A stretch of 64,000 nt of DNA, taken from contig NC_058368.1 in assembly GCF_018350175.1 (NCBI RefSeq), positions 74,774,001-74,838,000 of the forward strand, read 5' to 3'. The notes beneath the pieces are model-generated. The model searched no databases, had not been told where the DNA came from, and saw nothing but the letters and a program-made list of their open reading frames with translations. This document shows positions 1-12,935 of the stretch, piece after piece (the stretch's first letter is position 1; each line of letters begins with the position of its first letter). Source of the DNA: Felis catus. Lineage: Eukaryota. Both the position numbers and the translations under genes were made by a program.

Positions 1-3000
1 TCCCATTAACTGTATCATCTATGCCCTCAAGATAGTCCAAAATGTATACCTAAGCCCAGATTAGATAATCACAGAAAGTTAAATACCATGGGTCACGAGA
101 TCATTTAATATTACAGAGAGTTAGAAATCAGAACTCCAGGTGTTCACATAAGCAGCTGAGAGCAAATGACACCGAGTGATTTTCATTTTGTCTTTTTATT
201 ATTTACTAGAAGAATTAGTCGGGCACATACGCCTTTTCTTTTTTACTGCTAATTCTTTGGAGTTGCTCTGATAAAACCCTCTCATATGTGAACACAGCAC
301 CCGTTACGCATGGAGAAAAGCTATACTATGCTCAATATCTTTACACACTATAGGCTTTTTTTCTATATTCGATGTTGTATTTTTCAGCACACAGAATAAA
401 CAAAATTATTTTTGAAAAGAGCCAAGGGCACTGCATCATCTTCCTTTTCTTACTATCAGTTATTTGTACAATTTTCAAAAATTTCTTGGAGAGTTTGCTT
501 TTATTTTTTTTTTTACCTAATACTTATTTTTTCACCTAATGCTAATTGCACATTATATGGTCCTACATAGAATTTGTTTGACTTTGATTGCAGATAATTT
601 TATTATGTATAAAAGCAAATTAGGTAATTAAAGGGAGAGGATAATGAAACTTTTGATTCTACATTTTTGGTAATTTATCTAAATGAGTTTTTAGCTGAAA
701 TTATCTGGACAATTACATCTGTTTTATGGATCAGTTTCATATCTTGAGATGAAATATAAGAATATTGTCATTTATTTAAACCCTTCTTAAAGAGCATACC
801 CTGTGCAGAAGCGATAGCAGTTTCTAATATTCTGGATGTGCCTGAAGCTACAAAGCATGTCTAATATAAATGATGATTTCCTCTAGAAAGCAAAATCTAA
901 TGTCCATTTATAGCTTAAAGTAGTTCATAAACATTTACTTTTAATCACCAAAGACAATATTTTCTAAAATTTATATTATTGGTGATTTTTTCCCTCATTT
1001 TTTTCTAGCAGATGAATCTGCCTTGCAAAGGGATTGGAACAATAGAATAAAAGGGAAATACATGTACTTGGAATGCTTAAGACCATTCTGCCCTAAATGT
1101 ATCTTTCTTTGCCATTTCCAGTCTATGTTTGTTACTTACTAGAAGGTAATCAGAACAATTCAAGGGCAATGCATATCACCATTACTAAAGACAGGATATA
1201 TTGAAATTAATTTTGCTTCTCTCCGAAGAAGTAGCATGCATTTGTTCAAAATCAAGGAATATTCAATAGAACGTTACGTTTACACTATAGGTAAGCCTCA
1301 AACTAGCATAATTAGCTTTTGTTAGCTGATTGACAATGCATCTCTTGTTTGTTTTGAAATGTTTTGTTTTCCGAAAAATTCTATAATGGAAATCTGGAAT
1401 TAGATTTCACTATGGCAACATTGATGACCTAGCCCCATATGGGTCAAATTATATAAAATGTTGCCATTACTGAAAAAAAAATATAATTATTTGATTTTGA
1501 GTAGTCTGGTTCTTTAGTTTGAAGCCATTGTTTTCCTGTTGACATTGGATGTCCAAGTTGGATGCTGATAGAATGATTGCCCTATTTGACTTTAGAAAAT
1601 GTGGTCAATGAAATAAAACTATGACACTTGTCTAAACAAAGCAACTGTCAACTCACGTCACAGGCTCCTTCTAAATAAAGGACTCCAGTACATTAAATTT
1701 GTTTTTCTTTAATGAACCTAAGCTTTTCACTGTCATTACTCATTCCTTCTAAAAACAGTGGGAAATGCAATACATTACTCAAGGGAGACCATTTGTCTTG
1801 AGGTGCCTATTTTATTGATGTAAATAAATGAGATTTTGGCTTACTCAACTACCAATATTTTGACTTTACAGAAACTCTGTATTATATTAAATGTTGCCAT
1901 TTTTGAAATTAATCCATACCCTTCCCGGAGAGTTTAGGGATAATATACAGGAGCTTTAGGGTAGGACTGTTTGAAAATCATTGTCAAAAAAGCATGTTAA
2001 GAGAGAAATGAATGTTGATCTTAATTCTTGATTCATAGATAGATGGATAGGTAAATGATAGACAGATAGATAGATAACAATAGATACACCAACAATAGAT
2101 AAACAATCATATTTTAATATCCCAGTTGTTTGTTTGCCAATCTCCATTTACTAAACACATTGTTCATTATACTATTTTTGCCTTTTTTTTAAATTTCTCC
2201 TTTTCATTGTGATTATTGTCAAGTCAGAGTCCAACCTTCTCAATACAGTTGCACAATTATTGCAAGTAAACAGTGTTTCTGATTTGTTATGGCATTTCCA
2301 CTAGTAGCTGCAGTGAATTGTATCTTTACAATGGAATCACGTGTTCCAAAATGTCACTGCCTTAATACACGGCATTTGACATCTAAAATCTCAAAATAGC
2401 CCATACAACTGAAATCTTTCCTCTCTTGGGACAGAGAACACACTAATTTGTTTGCAAAGAGATTCTTTATAGCAACAGCCTGGCTACCTTGGAGATACAA
2501 TGTGCTACTGCTCCTTGGTGGCAAAGAAATCACATATCTAGCCGAAGCCCCAGCTTTTAAATGAATGCACAGATTGACAGGGAAAACTTCATGGCAGAAT
2601 GAGTGTCTTTGAATATTATGAATTTCTTGTCTTGTCTATGCACTGGACACACTCTTGTTCATACGTGCAATTTGAGGATAACTCCACTGTGAATTATCCT
2701 GTGTAATAATATTTCTACCCCCAGTGAAAAAGCCAATGAAGTGGTCCATCAGTCAGATGGTAAAAGAATGGCTGGGCAGAATTTGCTTCTTATACTTCAA
2801 ACAAAACATATCAAACAATTTTTTAACTAAAAGAAAGTTTCCGCTAAAAACCTGACATTAGTAGAACTAAAAAAAAAAAAGATTAAAATAAACTTTTTAC
2901 GATATCTACCCCAAAAAAGATATTGTTTTTTTTCTTAGAATTTTAAAGTAGAATTTTCTTTTGAGTTTACTTGTGTAACAATTAAATAAAGGCAATTCAC

Positions 3001-3640
3001 ATGAAAATTATATTTCTTTCACCATGGCCCTTAAGTGGGGAGGCATTATTATGTTATCAACATAAATTCTATTTTTAAGGTCACTGATTTAATGGAATAC
3101 ATTAGATGCCCATTCCTTTATTTAAGAAAGTAAATTAGCCTTTGCTAAGTATTCATTAGTACAAATTACATAGGAGCGAAAACAATGTAGTTAATCATAG
3201 GAGAGAATAAAAGAATATATTGATTAGATATTTGCTTTTGAGAAAAGAGAAATCATGCCAGTTTGAAATGCACAAACACAATTTAGAAAATATCAGGAAA
3301 CAAAAGGACCTCAGAATCAATTCCTTTTATCATATGATCCTACATGAACTACAATAAGGACAAAGTATTTGAGTAGAAATATTCAGCCCACCTAGTTTTC
3401 TTTACATTGTGAACTTATTATATGCAAATCAAGACTTATTATCCATGTTTGTAAAACATACTTTTTCCATTATGTAATGAGATAATCCTTTTGGACAGAA
3501 TTTGAATTTAAGCCTTTTGAAGTTTTTGTATTTTCTACCAGGAGTTAATTTTTCTAAGCGGGTACTGACTCTATTTCTCTCTAAATGACAAGACAGTTGA
3601 GATAAGGGAATAGAAGTGAGGGATTAAATTTCAAAATTAA

Positions 3641-3852
3641 AGGCGCCTGGGTGGCTCAGTCAGTCAAGCACCAGACTCTTGACTTTGGCTCAGGTCATGA
3701 TCTCACAGTTCATGGGACTGAGCCCTGTGTCAGGCTCAATGCTGACAGCACGGTGACCTGCTTGGGATTCTCTCTCTCTCCCTCTCTCTCTGCCCCTCAG
3801 TTGTTCTCTCTCTCTCTCGAAATAAATAAACATTTTTAAAAACTTAAAAAAA
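3641..3852 (+). mobile_element. CanSINE (older subfamily)
   Basis: GGCGCCTGGGTGGCTCAGTC head, (CT)n linker, AATAAA/A tail; imperfect TSD aaa(t/a)ttcaaaa(t/c)taa. Confidence 0.95.
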
Positions 3853-3904
3853 TTCAAAACTAATATTTTAGTATTCACATATATAATATTTTAAAATAAC
3901 TTCA

Positions 3905-4071
3905 GCCTCCACCTTGAGCTGTCACTGTGGAGCCTGCGTGGGATTCTCTTTTTTTCCCTCTCTCTGCTCCTCCACCACTCACATGCATGCATGGGCACAT
4001 GCTCTCTCTCTGTTTCTCAAAATAAAGAAATAAAAATAAAATAAAATAAAATAAAATAAAATAAAATAAAA
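3905..4071 (+). mobile_element. 5'-truncated CanSINE with (AAAAT)n tail
   Basis: GGAGCCTGCGTGGGATTCTC body, CT-rich linker, (AAAAT)n tail. Confidence 0.85.
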
Positions 4072-4572
4072 CTTTAGCCTTACTTGTTTTTATAAAAATT
4101 GTAAATGTTCCTGTGTAACCCCTCTACTGAAAAGACAGTATTAATGCACATGTGTAATAGTTTAACATACTATTGCGGACTTCAACTCTATGTGTTTATT
4201 ACCAGTAGGTTGTATTTGGAATACATAGTTTAATATTCTTATCCATTGATGTATAATAAGGGGTAGTGTTATTAAGGATGCAAAGAGTTATATTGATTCA
4301 ACGGTTGTCACAAAATTAAGTAAAATTTCTATGTGATTTTTTTATTTTAAATTTTAGTAATACGTCCTTACCTTCTTCCAGTAAGGTAATTAGATAATTA
4401 TCTTGTTTCAATTAAGCTAAATTTTGTGTGGGATGGGGTAGAGTATAAACAAGGAATGTATTTATGGACAAAGGTTAGTTTAGTAGTGCTCTTGTTTTGT
4501 GAGTGGGTGCATATGATCTATAAGCCTTTATTTTGGTATAGTTACCTGACGCTTATTCGGAACCATGATTCT

Positions 4573-4897
4573 TTTTTTTTTTAATATGAAATTTATTGTC
4601 AAATTGGTTTCCATATAACACCCAGTGCTCATCCCAAAAGGTGCCCTCCTCAATACCCATCACCCACCCTCCCCTCCCTCCCACCCCCCCCACCAACCCT
4701 CAGTTTGTTCTCAGTTTTTAAGAGTCTCTTGTGCTTTGGCTCTCTCCCACTCTAATCTCTTTTTTTTTTCTCACCCCTCCCCCATGGGTAAATCATATCT
4801 TCTTTATCCATTCGTCAGTTGATGGGCATTTAGGCTCTTTCCATAATTTGGCTATTGTTGAGAGTGCTGCTATAAACACTGGGGTACAAGTGCCCCT
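4573..4897 (-). mobile_element. Felid L1 3' end, 5'-truncated and internally deleted
   Basis: polyT then TTTATTGTCAAATTGGTTTCCAT (L1 3' terminus, antisense); 10-bp TSD ccatgattct at 4563-4572 and 4900-4909. Confidence 0.93.
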
Positions 4898-5002
4898 AGC
4901 CATGATTCTATAAAAAAGTTATAATACCTATATTCCCTTTGTGTTGATTATCACAATGGTCTTTCTTTCTCTCACAAATGTGTAAAAATTCACCATTTAA
5001 TT

Positions 5003-5230
5003 AATTATTTTATTTTATTTTATTATTTTTTAACGTTTATTTTTGAGACAGAGAGAGACAGAGCATGAATGGGGGAGGGTCAGAGAGACAGGAAGACACA
5101 GAATCTGAAACAGGCTCCAGGCTCTGAGCAGTCAGCACAGAGCCTGACGCGGGGCTTGAACTCACGAACCACGAGATCATGACCTGAGCCGAAGTCGGAC
5201 GCTTAACCGACTGAGCCACCCAGGCGCCCC
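5003..5230 (-). mobile_element. CanSINE (SINEC_Fc)
   Basis: Full body antisense; TSD caccatttaatt. Confidence 0.96.
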
Positions 5231-6240
5231 ACCATTTAATTTTTTTAACATTTAGAAAGTGGGCCACATGTTGTAGTCACTGTTTCAATATTGCTTATTT
5301 ATTCAAGCAGAATGAGATAATAATTAGATATTATGGCCACAGTATAAACACAAGATGCTTCACCACTGCTTTTCAGGAAAATATGAATCATAGCAATTGC
5401 TAAGCAGCTGTTTCTCTATAAAAGATAGGCAACATACAGGCGATACCTGATAGTTTTCAATTTTGTAAAAAGAAACTATAAAGTTTATAGCTAAATTTGA
5501 AGTCGGAATGGGAAAAATGTGGGGATATGTACAAGTCAACCGTGTCACAGAATGAAAGACGTCACAGACACAATGTAAACAAACGGGGCAACTGTGTACC
5601 AATAAAACCTAATCACAGACACCGAGGTTGGAATTGTGCATGATTATCAAGTCACAGAAAACACTACTCTTCTCTCAATTTACCACTACTTTTGAATATA
5701 AAAAACATTTTTAGCTCACCAGTCAGACAGGCAAGACGTGAGCCGTACTTCTCACTTCTGGGGTAGACCTTTTGGTAGAATAGGCCCCAAACTTCTACAC
5801 TGAACTACAACTACACAGAGTCCCCCGATGCCCTACTTTGCCTCACCCCTCAGCTTCATGACAGGGGATGGGCTGTTCCTCTGGGACGGGATAGGGCAAG
5901 ATCCCTCTGGGGTGACCTGTGGGCATTCAGCACCTTAACTAAGAAATAAAGATGCCCATAGCCTCCATTCCTTGGTACTAGTTAACTCAAACTGAAAATT
6001 TATTTTTATCATGTTTCAAAGCGTCTGCTCCTTGAAGATGCACTGTCAAAATGGTCTTGTGAAACTGTGATATGTCCATACACACAGCCTGTTTATTAAG
6101 GCACTATGTGGATGAGTTGAAATGTTATTAAATATACAAAAGTAACTCCATTAGGTCTTTAACAGTAGGGTTGTAGTTCTCCCAAATAATTCACCAGGTA
6201 TTGACATCTTTGCAAGTAGTCCACGGGTCTGGACTGGTTG

Positions 6241-6423
6241 CAGTGTTTTGCAAACTGTGGTCCGGGGAACCTTACCATGGGAGTTGCTGATAACGGTGAG
6301 GGAGCCCTATTCTACTTCGACAAAACGGTTCCACTTTGGTTAGCAGTCCCTTTGGTTTTCCACACAAGATTCATGTAAAGAATTGGTCTGCTCTGCTGAT
6401 ATATATATTTTTGAAAATCACTG
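6241..6423. mobile_element. hAT-Charlie MITE (MER103C-like)
   Basis: Imperfect TIRs cagtgttttgcaaa ... tttgaaaatcactg; 3' part resembles recalled MER103C. Confidence 0.6.
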
Positions 6424-6556
6424 AACTAGAGCCTCAGTTGCTTGGCTAAAGCATGTTTCAGATTTCATATTTCAAATGGAAATAACGTGCTCAGACTTCA
6501 CTATTGTTTACTTTCGGGCTGAAAACTTCTTTCATCTAAAATACAAGATCGTCCAT

Positions 6557-6767
6557 GGGGCGCCTGGGTGGCTCAGTCGGTTGAGCTTCCGACTTCGACT
6601 CAGGTCATGATCTCATGGTCAGTCAGTTTGAGCCCCGTGTTGGGCTCTGGGCTGACAGCTCAGAGCCTGGAACCTGCTTGGGATTCTGTCTCCCTCTCTC
6701 TCTGCCTGTCTCCCACTCATGCTCTGTCTCTCTCTGTCTCAAAAATGAATAAACATTAAAAAAAATT
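6557..6767 (+). mobile_element. CanSINE (SINEC_Fc)
   Basis: Full body; TSD aaata(c/t)aagatc(g/a)tcca. Confidence 0.96.
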
Positions 6768-7249
6768 AAATATAAGATCATCCAAAATCTACCATCATTT
6801 CACTTTCAAGAATTTGCCAGTATCTCACCACACTGGGCTGAACTCCCCGTATTAATCTGAAAACCTGATTTTTTTATGATTGTCTCTGCAAATGCCCATG
6901 GTAATTCCTACTCATTTTAAATCCTGTTCTTACTGTTTTTACCAATTTCCAAAGCCAGATTTTATTTCTTGGATAATTCTGTTGTATTTCTTAGTTGTCA
7001 CTTGTATAATTACTTTATTTTCCACAAATAAAAATAAATTTTATTTTTGAGTATAATATGTATTATATGTATTTTATTTTGAGTATAATATGTATTATAA
7101 AAAGCAATGTATTATTTTAAAAAACTATTCTAGATAGTTTTAAATAAAATTCTGTATTCAATAGATATTTTCCTTATTGACGGGTTGGGGTTTATTGAAG
7201 CATATATGATTACATATTTTTTGTCATTAGAAAATATTGAATATTATTA

Positions 7250-7448
7250 TTTTTTTTGGGGGGGGGACAGAGAGAGACAGAGCATGAACGGGGGAGGGGC
7301 AGAGAGAGAGGGAGACACAGAATCGGAAACAGGCTCCAGGCTCTGAGCCATCAGCCCAGAGCCTGACACGGGGCTCGAACTCCCGGACCGCGAGATCGTG
7401 ACCTGGCTGAAGTCGGATGCTTAACCGACTGCGCCACCCAGGTGCCCC
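7250..7448 (-). mobile_element. Young CanSINE (CAGCCAGGTCACG variant)
   Basis: CpG-rich body; TSD tgaatattatta. Confidence 0.96.
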
Positions 7449-8446
7449 TGAATATTATTAAATATAAGTAAAATAAGCTTCTAGAAAATTTCAGTTTTCA
7501 GTGATGTTTGTATATGCTATTATATAGTAGCTCATAATTTAAGAACACTATTATTATTATTAATTTGTTTATATCTAGTGTTTCAAAACTATCAAACACA
7601 AATTAACCAAAATATTCATGTTTTCTTGAGTTTCACAAACCTCTAAAGTGGATTATTGAAACAAGCTATTTAAATTATTTTAGGACACCAAAGGTAATTC
7701 CTGATATCTTTATTGAGTGCTTTTTAGGGTATTTAGATCTCAATTTTATAAAAAGTGTGGTATCTCCACTTTGCTTTATTATACTTGGTAGAGAGTAGTG
7801 AAAACCTCAAGGACAAAATAATGCCAAGCACATTTCCAATAACAACAATGAAATTAGAATCCTGAGAACAGTGATATTCTGAGTATCAGCTAATGACAGC
7901 AGTCACCTTTGAGTCATTTCAAAGGGCACAGTTAATTCTTGAGTTATATTTACTATTTACATTACTTATTTCAATAACATCAGGCCTGAGACTTCTGTAA
8001 TTAGTTTACATCTGTTTCACCAATACAAGTTGCTCAGTATGCAACAGACAGTCTGCTCTCTGAAGCAGGGGATCACTTTGCCAGACCAGATCTGGAGGGG
8101 TGGAGTCCGAAGAAGAGAGAGCCCACTCCTACCGACATAAAACTAAGCTGATGGCAATCCCGTATTACATCTGTCCTGAACAACATGCACTGAAACAGCT
8201 CCTTGCGCTCTATCGGGTAGAACGCTAACCTCTCTTCTTCTCCCACACCCCTTGTAACTGCAGATATCCTCTCCATGACTGGGATAGGGCGGTTTGCTGT
8301 TGTTTTCTTGAGACTTCCGGCTGGAAAAGAGTAGTCCCCTCCATGTGTCCACTCGTGTGTCCACTCCCACTGAAACTCAAAACCTGAACAAAGCTGGGCA
8401 CGGCTAATTACAAAAACGCAATGCAAAGATTGACCTAGAAAAAAGA

Positions 8447-8513
8447 GGGGAGCCTGAGTCGCTCAGTTGGTTGAGCGTCCGACTCCTGATTTCAGCTCGG
8501 GTCATGATCTCAT
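8447..8513 (+). mobile_element. CanSINE 5' fragment
   Basis: Head GGGGAGCCTGAGTCGCTCAG ... GGTCATGATCTC only. Confidence 0.85.
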
Positions 8514-8630
8514 GCAACAAATGTAAATGACACAAAATGTTCCAAATCATTGTCCTCGTTGTACACTAACTATATTTATATACGTGTGATTATGATTACC
8601 ATTACCTAATTGTTCATTTTACTCTGTGTG

Positions 8631-8640
8631 TGAGAGACAC

Positions 8641-8685
<45 letters not shown>
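8631..8685. repeat. (GA)n microsatellite
   Basis: Read directly from the sequence. Confidence 0.95.
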
Positions 8686-8689
<4 letters not shown>

Positions 8690-8889
8690 TACCAAAGATA
8701 GATGAGAGTCCAGTGGAAGGGATGGGTCTTGAATACAGATGAGTATGGAACCGGATGACCTTCACAAGGTCATTACTGAACCTACAGCTCTTGCTTCTAA
8801 TCAGAACTTACATGTTTGTTTCGAGTGCATGTTTATTAGTTTGACATTATGCAAAACAACTCATGTCTATTTTGGTTTATTTGCCACCA

Positions 8890-9035
8890 AAATCTCAGGA
8901 AGTCATTACTGGAATAACACCCATTTTTCTGACAAAGAAACATAGAGAGTTTAAGATGCTAGCTAATGTCACACTAGTAGCAATTAGCAGATCCGGAGGT
9001 CTAATAAGTTACCTAACTCCGGAATCTGCACATGG
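8890..9035 (-). mobile_element. MIR fragment
   Basis: cccatttttctgacaaagaaacatagagagtttaag...gtcacactagtag resembles MIR core. Confidence 0.6.
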
Positions 9036-9167
9036 GTTACTAATTCAGGCTTTTTAATCTCAAATTATAATTGAGGCTAAGAAGCAGAAAATAAGAGACT
9101 CTTGGAATCAAATTAACCACATTCACTCATTCCCACCATGTCATGCTTTTTGCCCTCATAGCCACTA

Positions 9168-9234
9168 TCTTTTCTTTTCTGTTTTTTCTTTTCTTTTCTT
9201 TTCTTTTCTTTTCTTTTCTTTTCTTTTCTTTTCT
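9168..9234. repeat. (TTTTC)n microsatellite
   Basis: Read directly from the sequence. Confidence 0.95.
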
Positions 9235-9348
9235 TATGAGAAACTGCACTGTGTATCTAGGACAACTTTTAAGAAATGGTCACAATATTGATTTGGAGAC
9301 AACATGAGCCCTACTTAAATATATCTCACATCTAAATAAGTCTATTTT

Positions 9349-9557
9349 GGGGGCGCCTGGGTGGCTCAGTCAGTTAAGCGTCTGACTTCGGCTCAGGTCA
9401 TGATCTCACGGTTTGTGGGTTCGAGCCCCGCGTCAGGCTCTGTGCTGACAGCTCAGAGCCTGAAGCCTGCTTCGGATTCTGTGTTTCCCTCTCTCTCTGC
9501 CCCCCCTCCCCATGTTCATGCTCTGTCTCTCAATAATATATAAAACATTAAAAAAAT
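9349..9557 (+). mobile_element. CanSINE (SINEC_Fc)
   Basis: Full body; TSD aaataagtctatttt. Confidence 0.96.
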
Positions 9558-9740
9558 AAATAAGTCTATTTTCATTGTTTGAGTACTTCTCGTATCTTAT
9601 TCCCATTTGTTTTTTCCTTTGTGTCTACATACACTCAATCCTTTTATTTATGTATATTTATTCCTACAAAATGAGACAAAAACTTGCCTGTTATGGGAAA
9701 CAACATAAAACCAAAGTTTATTAGAACTCTTCAATGTATT

Positions 9741-9963
9741 GGAGCACCTGGGTGGCTCAGTCGGTTAAGCGTTCGACTTGGCTCCGTCATGATATCGCGG
9801 TTCACGAGTTCGAGCCCCACGTCAGGGTCTGTGCTAACAGCTCAGAGCCTGGAGCCTCCTTCTGATTCTGTGTTTCCCTCTGTCTGCCCCTCCCCTGCTC
9901 ATGCTCTGTGTCTCTCTGTTGCTCAGAAATGAATAAACGTTAAAAACAAATTAAGAAAAAAAA
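9741..9963 (+). mobile_element. CanSINE (SINEC_Fc)
   Basis: Full body and A tail. Confidence 0.95.
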
Positions 9964-10814
9964 AGAACTCATCCTTGTATACGAGGCAGATACCAACAAC
10001 CTCCTGAAGGTTTGAAAGTGTGGGGTTGTCCCTGACTTTGGGTGTGGACCTCCTCAGAGAATCAACCAGTCAGGCTAGTCCACTGTGAGTGAAGCTGGGG
10101 GCAGGACAGACCACCCTCCCTCCTGAGTCAGCTCTGGACTAGCTCATGTGATGCATCCTGACACTAACATGAGGTTTGGCTGCAAGCCGTGTGCTTGCAC
10201 GTATCTTGTCTCTTTGCTGATCTTGTTTTCCTTCTATGTTCACAGCCATGGAGTTGATCATCTTTGAGGTTTTAATGATCAGGGCATCGATTTGATGGAC
10301 TCCAGCAACAGTCAATAATCCAGTGAAGGATACGTGCTCTGTACCTGCTTCTCCTGGAGACCAATTTATTTACCCAAATGGGTAATCCTCACACGAATTT
10401 ACTTAACAGAAACCGGTGACGTTGCATGTGTGGGCTGATTCCTTGAGGGACGGGGGCTGCATTTCCACTCTGGGGCTAACACTTTGGCTGCTGTTTATTT
10501 GCTTGTTGGTTTTGTTTTGTTTTGTTTGCATTTTATCATTTATCTTGAGAGGTGTTCTAGTCTGGGTATGACCTCAACAGAGCTCCCCTAGGACTGTCAG
10601 CCCAAATGATGCATGCCAACGGGGCTGGGGAGGTGAGTTACTGAGACAGCTCTGGAAGGTGGACTGGTGGCGGTTATCTCTGGGCTGCTAACCACCTCTG
10701 GTTACTCCACGAAGAGGTTTTTTTCAATATAGCCATTAACCACACACCAGATAAAGTAGACCCATGGCCAACTGCTTTGTGTCAGTCAAACACCAGACTC
10801 ACTGACATTTAGTT

Positions 10815-11018
10815 ATTTTTTTAAGGTTTTGTTTATTTTGAGAGGGGACGGGAGGGACAGAGAGAGGGAGAGAGAGAGAAAGAGAGAGAATCCCAAGCAG
10901 TCTCTGCACTATCAGCACAGAGCCCGACACGGGGCTCGAACTCACAAACCCGTGAGGTCATCGCCTGAGCCAAAACCAAGAGTTGGATGTTTAACCAACT
11001 GAGCCCCCTGGGCTCTCC
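10815..11018 (-). mobile_element. CanSINE (older subfamily)
   Basis: Antisense body GAATCCCAAGCAG ... CTGAGCC. Confidence 0.93.
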
Positions 11019-11060
11019 TCCCTAACCTCTTAAAAACCAGCTGGCAAGGACTGCTTGGGA

Positions 11061-11065
<5 letters not shown>

Positions 11066-11113
<48 letters not shown>
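11066..11113. repeat. (CA)n microsatellite
   Basis: Perfect run. Confidence 0.97.
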
Positions 11114-11115
<2 letters not shown>

Positions 11116-12124
11116 CTTGAGTCTTACTATTGCAACTTTATTTTCCTTTGGCTATTGAAAGCATAAAGCATCAAGCTAGGAGTGAGTTTAAGCAGGTGGG
11201 AACCAGCAGGCAGACTTGCTTAGGATCTGATGCGCTCGTCTCTGAAGTAAAATGATGAATACGAAATCAACTCCATTTTGGCAACTCAGAGTCTAGGAGG
11301 GTTGATAGAAATAAAACAGGAAGTTAATTACAATGAAATGGAACAAGAAGCTAGCAAAAGCATGTGACAGCTACCAAGGTGGTGGGAAGCATGGTGTGCT
11401 TTACTAGCTGGTGGGTTCCAAGTGGAGCCTTGAAGGAAAACATGGCCTTTGACGTGAAGCCTTTAATATGGTTGGGAGTTTGCGGCTGTCGCTGACAAGG
11501 TCCACCTGCCTTCATGAAAAACGCCTATACAAGAACTAAGAAGGACTACATCTCTGATCCTATGTTCCTCTTCCTTCTAGAGTCATTCGGGTTTAATATC
11601 TCAAATTACAAAAAGTTTCCAAGGGAGAGGGGTAGGCTTGGCCAACAGCGCCTGACTCCTTAAACACAGTAACTTCCCAGCTTCGTGACTGCCCCTGAAA
11701 TGCAGATCTAATTTAGACCGAAGGGAAAAACTCAGCAAAGCTCTGACGTCCTGTACAGCTAAAGGAACACTCGGTGGGTCCTGTTGTTCTTAAGTGAAAC
11801 TTCTTGTGCTTGTCCATGAGACCACAAAATGTGGAACAGTGCTGGAGGCCTGTGCTATTTTTATCTGAAGTGCACAGAAAGTATGACTCTTTTTAAAAAT
11901 GTCATTCCAGTGATGGCGTGCTAGCTGCTACCACAGGCACCAAGGTGACTTTCGGAGCAGTGCTTTGCAGTGCCCAGACAAAGTCAGCAACTCAGAATTT
12001 TCAGCCTCCTGGAAAAGGCTTACTGATTGGGATACTATTTCTTCTGATGGTAGAACACACAGCAATGTTCTCTTGCGGTTATATAGTTCTGTTCTTGGAA
12101 GTGATAACTGCTCAGCAAAGCTAG

Positions 12125-12125
<1 letters not shown>

Positions 12126-12168
<43 letters not shown>
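12126..12168. repeat. (TG)n microsatellite
   Basis: Perfect run. Confidence 0.97.
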
Positions 12169-12170
<2 letters not shown>

Positions 12171-12837
12171 CAGTGAAACAGTGTGTGTAAATTCTGAATA
12201 AGGCATCAAATAAATGGCTTAACCTAACCGAAACCTAAATAAAGGAGTGTTGCTGATACCGTTTTTTTGCATGAGATTTGTTGCTTCAGTACAAGTGGAG
12301 CTCTATCTGTGCTAGGAAATCTAACTTAGTTATGACTACGTGTGGAAATAAATGAGATTCTTTAGCATGAGAATTATATTTGTAGGTGTCGGAAGTGTTA
12401 GTGAACATGCCTAATAAATGATAAATGTTTTTGTTTTTGTTTGTTCTAAACAGAGTCTTACCTATGATGTCTGAAGGTAATAGCCTTTAAATGCAAGCAT
12501 TCAGATGGGATTTTGCAATGAAAAGATTTGAATGTATCTGTTCAGATAATGTGTAACGTGTGGATTTGGAAATGATGTTTAGGAAAAGTATAGACCCTAG
12601 TAGGAGCTTTCTTGCAAGACAGAGGTATCCAAAACACGATCCACATACTGAACTTATAGAAACAACAACAACAACAAAACAACAAAAGCACGATTCCTTA
12701 AATGAACATAAATCAAGCATTTTCAGGGTGAATTTAAAGAAAAAAATACCAGTTATTTAACATACTATAATACAGAAGTGCAAGTTACTTTTCATTCTCC
12801 TGCTCATTATTTGTGACTTTAAGAATGCTGCCTAACA

Positions 12838-12935
12838 GGGGCACCTGGTTGGCTCAGTCGGTTAAGTTTCTGACTTCAGCTCAGGTCATGATCCCACGGT
12901 TTGTGAGTTCGAGCCCCGCGTCAGGCTCTATGTTG
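12838..12935 (+). mobile_element. CanSINE 5' half
   Basis: Head to GTCAGGCTCTATGTTGA, then a TA-rich tract. Confidence 0.9.

Noticed and set aside
1012..1145. Plus-strand exon-like segment after a pyrimidine tract
   Set aside because: The longest frame ends in a stop before the donor; no homology recognised.
8073..8426. 117-aa minus-strand ORF with plausible AG/GT sites
   Set aside because: No recognisable protein family. The EWTHEWTH repeat comes from a 12-bp tandem duplication, and no partner exons were seen.
10030..10720. Possible ERV/LTR-derived GC-richer block
   Set aside because: No diagnostic termini, primer-binding site or coding motifs that I can support.
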